The translations under genes were made by a program, and so were the position numbers. A stretch of DNA of 32,000 nt, taken from Bdellovibrionales bacterium (GTDB taxonomy: Bacteria > Bdellovibrionota > Bdellovibrionia > Bdellovibrionales > UBA1609). A model generated the notes under the pieces. The model searched no databases. It was not told the DNA's origin and saw only the letters and a program-made list of their open reading frames with translations. The DNA is taken from contig OY843585.1 in assembly GCA_963692945.1 (NCBI GenBank), positions 1,529,449-1,561,448 on the forward strand. Direction: 5' to 3'. This document shows, in pieces, positions 25,061 through 32,000 of the stretch (the first letter of the stretch is position 1; every line of letters begins with the position of its first letter).

Positions 25061-25956
25061 AATAGCTTTTCCTTCCAACGACCTACATAATGAATCTCTG
25101 GTCTTAATAAAATTTGAAATTTTTGATGAACAACTTCACGAATTTTTTTAATTAAATAGTCAATATCTTTAGCTGTAGCACCGCCTTTATTAATAATAAA
25201 ATTACCATGTTTTTCAGAAACAACAGCATCACCTTTTTGAAAACCCTTTAATCCACTTTGTTCTATCAGTTCACCAGCATAATTTGGATAAGGATTTTTA
25301 AAAACAGATCCACAGCTTGGCCATTCTAAAGGTTGCGTAGATCTTCTCTTCTTCAACTCTGACTTGATATGCTGGTTCAAATCTATCTCTTGCTTCATAG
25401 GCCAAATAAACTTTGCTTGTAAAATAACACCTTTATCCCATCCTGAACTGAATCGATAACCCCACTCTACATCTTTTTTATAATAACGTTTCACTTCTTC
25501 AAAAGTCACGACATCAAACCAATCAACAATTTCAGAAAACTCTGTTGGCTTCATTTTTTTTCTACTGATTCCAGCATTCATAACAAGACCACCACCTACA
25601 TCTCCAGGAAGTCCTGTTAGAAAAAAAGCAGGAGCAAGTTTATATTTTTTAAAAAGAAGCATAATTTGTGATTTAGGAACACCCGATTCGGCTACCATTT
25701 GCATAACTCCATCTTCTATTTTATGCTCTATTTTAGTTAATTTGTGAGTTGAAATGACTAAACCTTCAACCCCCTCATCACTAATAAGAACATTAGTCCC
25801 ACCTCCTAAAACAGAAAATGGTAATTTGTTTTTTTTCAACCAAGAAAAAACCTCTTTCAGTTCTTCTTGGCTTGAAGGTTGACAAAAATAATCAGCAACT
25901 CCTCCAACTTTCCACCAACTCCATTGTTTTAAATTTTCTTTTTCCTTTATTTCCAT
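25057..25956 (-). CDS. murB: UDP-N-acetylenolpyruvoylglucosamine reductase
   Basis: 299 aa. Motifs: KVGGVADYF, LGGGTNVLISDEG, and SCGSVFKNP with the catalytic Ser region. It lies between murC and ddl. Confidence 0.9.
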   Translation of the reverse strand: MEIKEKENLKQWSWWKVGGVADYFCQPSSQEELKEVFSWLKKNKLPFSVLGGGTNVLISDEGVEGLVISTHKLTKIEHKIEDGVMQMVAESGVPKSQIMLLFKKYKLAPAFFLTGLPGDVGGGLVMNAGISRKKMKPTEFSEIVDWFDVVTFEEVKRYYKKDVEWGYRFSSGWDKGVILQAKFIWPMKQEIDLNQHIKSELKKRRSTQPLEWPSCGSVFKNPYPNYAGELIEQSGLKGFQKGDAVVSEKHGNFIINKGGATAKDIDYLIKKIREVVHQKFQILLRPEIHYVGRWKEKLL

Positions 25957-25962
25957 ACTGTT

Positions 25963-27321
25963 TTATTTTTCTTTTAATTTCTTTAAAATACTTTCTCCAA
26001 AACGATAAACAGACCCTGCACCTAATGTAATAAAAATATCATCTGAATTAAGATGAGAGGCTAATTGTGAAACGACATTCTCATTTTCTATAAAAACACA
26101 ATCTGGATGAGAACACTCTTTAACAAATTGTTTTGAATGGATTCCTTTTAAAGGTTTCTCTCCTGCTGAATACACTTCAGAAATAAAAATACAATCTGCA
26201 GCAGAAAAAGAATTCAAAAAATTTTTCCAACAACTTTGAAACCGAGTGTAGCGATGAGGTTGAAACAAAACCACCTTTCTACGCTTAGGATACTGCTCCT
26301 TTAAACTAGACAATACAGCCTGAACCTCTGTTGGATGATGAGCATAATCATCTAAAAATAAAATACCAGCAACAGAACCTTTTAATTCCATTCTTCTTTG
26401 AACACCTTTAAAATTTTCTAGACCTTCAAATAAAGTCTCCTTTTTTACACCAGATTGCCAAGCACAAACTAATGCCCCTAAAGCATTGAGAGCATTGTAA
26501 TCTCCTTTGAGAGGCAAATTGAATTCTCCCCATTTTTTATTTTTATGGTAAACAATATAACCCTTATCTTTTTTCTTTAAAATAAAATCATTATGATTTT
26601 TAAAACCATAACACCATAATTTTCTAGAAGAATGAAATTCCATAATTGTTTTTATATTAGGACAATCTCCACAAACTACAATTGAACCATAAAAAGGAAC
26701 TCTTTTTAAAAAATCTGAAAAACTTTTCTTGAGCTCTGAAAGACTTCCATAAAAATCTATATGGTCATCATCTATATTCGTCAAAACAACTAGCTCTGGA
26801 TGCAAATGATGTAGACTTCCATCACTCTCATCCGATTCAGCAATAAACCATTTACTTTTTCCAAGATGAGCTGTGGATTGAAATAAATCTAACCGACCTC
26901 CTGCAACTACCGTAGGATCTCTTCCGGCGAAAGAAAAAATAGAAGCCAAAAAAGCTGTTGTTGTTGTTTTCCCATGAGTGCCAGCCACCACGATCCCCTG
27001 CTTAAGTCTCATCATTTCCGCTAAAGCTTCTGCCCGCCGAATCACTGTCAAACCTCTTGTATGAGCTTCTACAATTTCTACGTTATCTGATTGAATAGCA
27101 CTAGAATAAACAACAATATTCACTTGATCGTCAATATGAGAAGAATCATGACCTATAAAGATAGGAATACCTATAGATTTCAAATGTCTGACTTGAGAAC
27201 TCTCTTGCAAATCACTACCAGTTACACGAGTTCCTAAATTATGTAATAGTTCAGCTAGACCACACATACCAATTCCACCTATACCAATAAAATGTAAATT
27301 CTTTTTTTGTAATTGTTTCAT
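25963..27321 (-). CDS. murC: UDP-N-acetylmuramate--L-alanine ligase
   Basis: 452 aa. Motifs: HFIGIGGIGMCGLAELL, the Mur ligase P-loop AGTHGKTTTT, ESDESDGS and DDYAHHPTE. Confidence 0.93.
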   Translation of the reverse strand: MKQLQKKNLHFIGIGGIGMCGLAELLHNLGTRVTGSDLQESSQVRHLKSIGIPIFIGHDSSHIDDQVNIVVYSSAIQSDNVEIVEAHTRGLTVIRRAEALAEMMRLKQGIVVAGTHGKTTTTAFLASIFSFAGRDPTVVAGGRLDLFQSTAHLGKSKWFIAESDESDGSLHHLHPELVVLTNIDDDHIDFYGSLSELKKSFSDFLKRVPFYGSIVVCGDCPNIKTIMEFHSSRKLWCYGFKNHNDFILKKKDKGYIVYHKNKKWGEFNLPLKGDYNALNALGALVCAWQSGVKKETLFEGLENFKGVQRRMELKGSVAGILFLDDYAHHPTEVQAVLSSLKEQYPKRRKVVLFQPHRYTRFQSCWKNFLNSFSAADCIFISEVYSAGEKPLKGIHSKQFVKECSHPDCVFIENENVVSQLASHLNSDDIFITLGAGSVYRFGESILKKLKEK

Positions 27322-27330
27322 AAATTCACC

Positions 27331-28416
27331 TTATGAATTCCGTATCATCCACCGAGCTATAGTTTCAGATCCATTATTTTTACAATAGCTAGAAATAGCA
27401 GATGCTAAACTCTCTCTTTTTTCCCTATTCTTTTTTAAAAGAACGATCTTATTTTTCAAACTTTCAACATTAAAATCATCTTCTTTAATAAACTCTACTA
27501 AAGATTTTGAATAAAGGTTAACAGCATTTTTTAATTGATGACCTCCTGCAGAGTGGGATAAAGGTATAAGAACTAAAGGTTTTCCAAAAGCAGAAGCTTC
27601 AAAAATAGCCCCTGAACCGGCTCTAGAAAAAATCACGTCAGCCTGTTTGTAGTACTTATAAATATCAGAGGCAAAACTAAAAGCCTCAACATCTTTGAGA
27701 TTTTTATAAACATCTTGTATTTCTGAAAAAAATTTTTCTCCCGTTTGATGATAAACAAAAATGTCTTTTCTCCATTCCGTGTCTTGAACAGCTTCAAGGA
27801 GCACTTGATTTAACAATAAAGAACCTTGACTACCTCCCAAAAAAAGAACCTTAAAAAGACCATCATTAGTTTCTGTTTTTTTAAAATCCGTCTGTCTTTT
27901 TATTGATTTTCTCAAAGGATAGCCACAACCTATTTGTTTTTTCTTTGGAAAAGAAACAACGTCTGGAAACACTGTAAAAATAGAATGAACAACAAAAGAC
28001 AAATATTTATTAGCAATACCACTTACAGAGTTCCCTTCCCAAATAGAAGTCTCACAGCCATTTAAAACAGCAGCCAATAAAACAGGACCAGTAATAGATC
28101 CGCCTGTACCAAAAACACTATAAAAACCCTGCCTACGGATTAAAAAAAAGGCTTTGAAAAAAACAAACGGTAATTGTAATAAAGTTTTAATCTTTGTAAA
28201 AAAACTCTGCCCTGTTGCTAAACCTCCTATAGACATTTCGTAAACGGTGTATTTTAAATTAGAAAATATTTTTTTTCCAATCTCACCACCTGAATGTATA
28301 AAATGCACTTCTGTATGAGGTGATAAATCTTCTAAAGATTCAGCAACAGCAATAGCAGGATAAATATGTCCTCCTGAACGACCAACCACCATCAAAAATT
28401 TTTTTGTTTTTTTCAT
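27331..28416 (-). CDS. murG: Undecaprenyldiphospho-muramoylpentapeptide beta-N-acetylglucosaminyltransferase
   Basis: 361 aa. Motifs: GRSGGHIYPAIAVAE (family GGTGGHxFPxxA), FGTGGSITGP, SRAGSGAIFE and GGHQLKNA. Confidence 0.9.
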   Translation of the reverse strand: MKKTKKFLMVVGRSGGHIYPAIAVAESLEDLSPHTEVHFIHSGGEIGKKIFSNLKYTVYEMSIGGLATGQSFFTKIKTLLQLPFVFFKAFFLIRRQGFYSVFGTGGSITGPVLLAAVLNGCETSIWEGNSVSGIANKYLSFVVHSIFTVFPDVVSFPKKKQIGCGYPLRKSIKRQTDFKKTETNDGLFKVLFLGGSQGSLLLNQVLLEAVQDTEWRKDIFVYHQTGEKFFSEIQDVYKNLKDVEAFSFASDIYKYYKQADVIFSRAGSGAIFEASAFGKPLVLIPLSHSAGGHQLKNAVNLYSKSLVEFIKEDDFNVESLKNKIVLLKKNREKRESLASAISSYCKNNGSETIARWMIRNS

Positions 28417-28418
28417 AG

Positions 28419-29522
28419 TTACAACCTAGAACGATTGTCTCTTTCTAAAGAAATCAACCACCCAAAAAGAAAAAAAGTACAAACTAATGAACTCCCTCCA
28501 TAACTTAAAAAAGGCAATGCCAAACCTTTTGTAGGAACAAGACCTAAATTAACAGCACTATGTATTAACACACTAATAGAAAAAATTAAAATCAATCCAA
28601 AAGCTAAAACTTTTTGATAGTAATCATAAATTTTAAAAACCACTTTAAAAACCGTAAAAATTAAAAAACTATAAACAAAAAATAAAATAAACAAACCTAT
28701 AAAACCCATTTCTTCACCTAAAACAGATAAAGTGAAATCCGTATGAGCTTCAGGTAAAAAAAACAACTTACTTTGCCCCTTCCCTATCCCTGTTCCAAAC
28801 AACCCTCCAGAATGCACTCCTAATAAACTTTGTATCATTTGAAAACCTTTACCTGTAGGGTCTTGCCAATGATTTAAAAAACCCTCCCATCTTGCAAAAC
28901 GATAAGGCTGACTTGTTATTAGAAAATAAAATAAGGAAACTAATGATAATAAAATTAATAAAACATAACGCCATTTCAAACCTAAAACAAAAACAGTAGA
29001 ACAGCAAAGTATAAAAAGTAATACCATTGTTCCAAAATCGGGTTGTAAAATCAAAATCATCATAGGAAATCCAAGTGCAAAAAAAGGCACCATCCAAAAA
29101 AGTATTTTTTGTAAAGGCCATATCTCTCTTAACACAGCAAGGTAGGCAATAATAAAAGGTGTCGTAATTTTTAAAAGTTCTGAGGGTTGAAATCGAAATC
29201 CAAATGGCAAATTCAACCACCTTTTAGCACCACTAACACTTACACCCACTTGAGGTATTAAAGTAAGAACCAAAGCCAAAATAGCAATAAACCATAAAAT
29301 CATACCTATATAACGATTGTATTTCCAAGGTATATACGAAAATATAAAAAATCCTATAAAACCTATAATGGTAAAAATAAGTTGTTTATTAAAAAAATAA
29401 AGACCATTGTTATAATGTTCCGTCGCAAATATATAAGAGGAACTATAAATTTGAACTAAGCCTAACCCTGATAAGAAAAAAATACAAAGAAGAATGTTTT
29501 GGCTATAAGAAGTTTTAAACAT
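28419..29522 (-). CDS. ftsW: SEDS-family peptidoglycan glycosyltransferase FtsW (FtsW/RodA/SpoVE family)
   Basis: 367 aa, polytopic. Motifs: GAKRWL, FQPSELLK, LQPDFGT, PEAHTDFTLSVLGEEMGFIG and LPFLSYGGSS. The FtsW-over-RodA assignment rests on its position upstream of murG. Confidence 0.85.
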   Translation of the reverse strand: MFKTSYSQNILLCIFFLSGLGLVQIYSSSYIFATEHYNNGLYFFNKQLIFTIIGFIGFFIFSYIPWKYNRYIGMILWFIAILALVLTLIPQVGVSVSGAKRWLNLPFGFRFQPSELLKITTPFIIAYLAVLREIWPLQKILFWMVPFFALGFPMMILILQPDFGTMVLLFILCCSTVFVLGLKWRYVLLILLSLVSLFYFLITSQPYRFARWEGFLNHWQDPTGKGFQMIQSLLGVHSGGLFGTGIGKGQSKLFFLPEAHTDFTLSVLGEEMGFIGLFILFFVYSFLIFTVFKVVFKIYDYYQKVLAFGLILIFSISVLIHSAVNLGLVPTKGLALPFLSYGGSSLVCTFFLFGWLISLERDNRSRL

Positions 29523-29571
29523 ATTTCTTTCTCTAAGATGACTTAGGAAGTATAAAAAAACAACTTAAGGG

Positions 29572-31179
29572 TCAGTTTTTTTTAAGTCCTCTCAAGCCTT
29601 TTTCCACATAATAGGCATTTATATAGCCTTTTGCTCTTAAATCTTCTGAAATTTTTTCTGAAACAAAGCCATTCTCACACAAAAAAACAAATGGACAATG
29701 AAGATTTTGATTCTTTATAAAACTCAAAACTTCTTCTTCTGTTTTAAATACAGATTGGTTTACAATATTTTTGACTTCAGAAAACTCATCTTCCACAATC
29801 AATTTTTCCATTTGGAAAAAATGAAAAGGAATTCGTTTATCTATCAAATTCTTTAATTGCACTCGGTCAATAGAGTAAGAAGGAGGAAGGCTTTCTACAT
29901 CTTTTGTCTTTTTTGAGACAAGCCCTAAATTCGGAAAATCCTTTCCTACCCAAATCGCTAAACTAAAAGCAAAAAAACCCATAACACTAGCTAAAAAAAA
30001 GGGACTACTATGAGATAAATCTCTATAACACCACCCCCCTAAGAGTGGCCCTAATATGCGAGCCAAAGACGACAAACTTTGATTCACTCCAAAAATACGA
30101 CCTTGTTGCTCTTTAGGACTCAATAAACTTAAAGCTCCAGAAAGACTCGTGCTCGTTAAACTATAACCTACACTAAAAAAGGTCACTCCACTTACTAATA
30201 AAATAAGGTTAAAAAATAAAATGGATTTCAAATGAGCCCATGGGGAGCAAGCTATCAAAAAGAGACCAAGAATAACTAAAAATAACCCCCACTTATTAAC
30301 CAATCTCTCTCCATAAAAAGGTATAAGTTTTCTGACTAAAAAACCTTGAGAAAAAGCCATAAGAAATCCAATATAAGCAAAACTCCAGTAGGCTGTAGAT
30401 TTTGTCCAGCCAAAATCATCTTGAACTAATAAAATTAAAACAGGTTCAATTTGAGCTATAGAAATCCATAAAATAAAAGACATTAAAAATATTTTTCCTA
30501 ACTTTGGTTGTGTTAAAGATTTCCAAATAAAACTTGGGGAAGGACGAGAAAATAAAGAAGACTTTACAGATCCAGAGATCTTTGAGTTTGAAGTTTGACT
30601 CTCTTTCAGAAAAAAATAAGCCATTACAAAATTGATAATACAAACTAAGGCAGCACCTAATGCTGCAAAACTAGCCCCATAAGGAGGTGCTGATCCTAAT
30701 TTATTACCTATAAGAATAAATAAAAATCCTAAAGCTGGACCAAAAGTAAATCCAAAACCAAAAGCCATACCAATAAGACCTAGATTCTTAGACCTTTCTT
30801 GAGAATGAGTGATATCTGAAATATAGGCCATAGCTATAACAATATTGGCTCCAAAAAAACCAGCTACAATACGAGAGAAAAAAAGATGTGAAAAAGAAGT
30901 GCTGAAAGCAAACCAAATATGAGCTAAACTCATCCCCAAAAGACCTATAAGGAGTATAGGTTTACGACCAAAATAATCACTTAACCTTCCCCAATAGGGA
31001 GCAAAAATAAACTGAACAATAGAGTAAATACTAATCAAAAAACCAACTTGGAGACCATCAGCCCCAAAATCCCTAGCCAAAATAGGGGCCAGAGGAATGA
31101 TCATCCCAAATCCAAGAATATCTGCAAAAATAGCTATAAAAATGGTTACTAAGGCATACCTTTTAAGAGATTTTTTCAA
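29572..31179 (-). CDS. MFS transporter (drug:H+ antiporter / Tet-like N-terminal motifs) fused to a C-terminal rhodanese-like domain
   Basis: MFS motifs: GRLSDYFGRKPILL (motif A), 12 or more hydrophobic segments, and LGPLLGG. The C-terminal roughly 100 aa (nt about 29575-29871) follow a rhodanese pattern: CPFVFLCENGFVSEKISEDLRAKGYINAYYVEKGLRGL, with an active-site-type loop C-E-N-G-F-V-S. The track ORF extends to TTG 31233, only 8 nt from the divergent ATG at 31242. I prefer TTG 31179, preceded by AAGGAG at 5-nt spacing. Confidence 0.8.
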   Translation of the reverse strand: MKKSLKRYALVTIFIAIFADILGFGMIIPLAPILARDFGADGLQVGFLISIYSIVQFIFAPYWGRLSDYFGRKPILLIGLLGMSLAHIWFAFSTSFSHLFFSRIVAGFFGANIVIAMAYISDITHSQERSKNLGLIGMAFGFGFTFGPALGFLFILIGNKLGSAPPYGASFAALGAALVCIINFVMAYFFLKESQTSNSKISGSVKSSLFSRPSPSFIWKSLTQPKLGKIFLMSFILWISIAQIEPVLILLVQDDFGWTKSTAYWSFAYIGFLMAFSQGFLVRKLIPFYGERLVNKWGLFLVILGLFLIACSPWAHLKSILFFNLILLVSGVTFFSVGYSLTSTSLSGALSLLSPKEQQGRIFGVNQSLSSLARILGPLLGGWCYRDLSHSSPFFLASVMGFFAFSLAIWVGKDFPNLGLVSKKTKDVESLPPSYSIDRVQLKNLIDKRIPFHFFQMEKLIVEDEFSEVKNIVNQSVFKTEEEVLSFIKNQNLHCPFVFLCENGFVSEKISEDLRAKGYINAYYVEKGLRGLKKN

Positions 31180-31241
31180 GATTTCTCCTTTATTATTCCG
31201 ATAAGAAATAAGACAGAGTTTTTTATTTGGCAACTTAAATT

Positions 31242-32000
31242 ATGAAAATATTTAAAAGATTTATTTTTCTTGGTATCCTATCTTTCTTCTTTAGTTCTCT
31301 TTCTATTGGAGAAGCACGATTTCCAAAATCATCTTCTAAAAAAAGACCTCTTTCTACACATTTACAACTAGAATACTTTAACACTGTATCTAATTATAAA
31401 CTCTTAGGACAGTATGATGATCTAGACGATAAAAATTTCTTTAATTATGTAGCAGCCTATTTTTCTATCGACTACTCCCCTATTCATTGGTTTAATGTAG
31501 AAACTTTTTTCAATACTATGTGGTCTGCAAGTCAAACTGGAAAAAATTTAAGAAATAAATTTGGAATGACTTACACAGGTTTGGGATTCACTTTTTTACA
31601 AAAAATATATGATTTTCAAATTCATTATGAATTGAGAGGAGGAGTTCCTCTCCATTCTATTGCTAAAAACACCGATGAAATTGTTTTAGGAGATGGATCT
31701 TATTTTATAAATCCTAACTTATGGTTTATCTATCAATACCCTTCAAAACTGTTTCGTATATTTTACAATATAAATTTCCTATACCGAACTCATTCCTTAT
31801 CTTCACTGCTGTTTAATTCTTTTGGAGTGGTCTTCCAAACTCAATTTATTAATACAGGTTTTTCAACAGAATTATTTCTACCAATTATACAAGATGCTTA
31901 TTCTCAAACACCAAATATAAGATGGGATATCACTAACAAAGTGAATGGAGGAAGTTATAAATTTTATTCTATCAATCCCACTTCTCTTTCATTCACAGGG
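31242..32000 (+). CDS. Partial CDS (253 codons, open to the right edge); signal-peptide-bearing, beta-rich hypothetical protein, possibly outer membrane
   Basis: Not in the track. Read by hand: ATG at 31242 with no stop through 32000. The N-terminus MKIFKRFIFLGILSFFFSSLSIGEA looks like a Sec signal peptide. The rest is rich in aromatic/alternating segments (YFSIDYSP, GLGFTFL, FQIHYELRGG, YKFYSINP), consistent with a beta-barrel. No family is recognised. Confidence 0.5.
   Translation, partial: MKIFKRFIFLGILSFFFSSLSIGEARFPKSSSKKRPLSTHLQLEYFNTVSNYKLLGQYDDLDDKNFFNYVAAYFSIDYSPIHWFNVETFFNTMWSASQTGKNLRNKFGMTYTGLGFTFLQKIYDFQIHYELRGGVPLHSIAKNTDEIVLGDGSYFINPNLWFIYQYPSKLFRIFYNINFLYRTHSLSSLLFNSFGVVFQTQFINTGFSTELFLPIIQDAYSQTPNIRWDITNKVNGGSYKFYSINPTSLSFTG

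Noticed and set aside
6909-30643. Remaining short nested ORFs in the track: 6909-7139, 7940-8140, 14309-14551, 14337-14522, 15810-15992, 25818-26030, 28849-29220, 30446-30643
   Set aside because: Each is embedded, out of frame or antisense, within a longer gene with strong family motifs (aroC, the aroKDE fusion, addA, addB, murB/murC, ftsW, MFS). Long spurious ORFs of this kind are expected in AT-rich DNA, and none has independent support.
1-32000. Searched by eye for tRNA/rRNA genes, riboswitch-sized leaders, IS elements, integrases, toxin-antitoxin pairs and defence-system gene sets
   Set aside because: No non-coding gap is longer than about 175 nt. No ORF carries transposase, integrase, restriction, Cas, abortive-infection or toxin-like motifs. 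Every gene over 300 nt except three small or edge ORFs is explained by a housekeeping family.

Overview
This is a compact, visibly AT-rich bacterial chromosomal window (about 30% G+C by eye, not computed). It uses the standard genetic code: TGA, TAA and TAG all act as stops. I support 24 complete and 2 edge-truncated protein genes, most on the minus strand. I found no rRNA, tRNA, CRISPR array, transposase, integrase or prophage signature, and intergenic gaps are all under about 175 nt.

Content from left to right:
- a partial sensor-like gene, a TPR protein and a small coiled-coil protein;
- menD and menF, the first two menaquinone steps;
- diverging from menF, a type I-beta DAHP synthase and a TIGR01777/YfcH-like SDR;
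- a tightly coupled minus-strand array aroB, aroA, an aroK-aroD-aroE fusion and aroC, which together with the DAHP synthase gives all seven shikimate steps in about 7 kb;
- a small HPF/RaiA-like ORF, addB-addA (helicase-nuclease) and coaE;
- a Hanks-type Ser/Thr kinase with a TM segment and PEGA domain;
- the distal dcw cluster ftsW-murG-murC-murB-ddl-ftsQ-ftsA-ftsZ;
- an MFS transporter fused to a rhodanese domain, and a partial signal-peptide protein.

The architecture suggests a Gram-negative lineage, possibly Bdellovibrionota or Oligoflexia-like, but I cannot assign taxonomy without a search.

This is mainly core housekeeping DNA. I see no defence island or mobile element. The most unusual item is the shikimate operon: its gene and domain order (AroB, AroA, AroK, AroD, AroE) copies the non-pathway domain order of the eukaryotic pentafunctional AROM protein, with the last three already fused. 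Lesser items:
- near-perfect in-frame tandem repeats inside addA and ftsZ;
- an FtsZ tail with no canonical C-terminal peptide;
- the MFS-rhodanese fusion sitting where murD normally precedes ftsW;
- an 11-bp direct repeat in the menF/DAHP-synthase divergent region.
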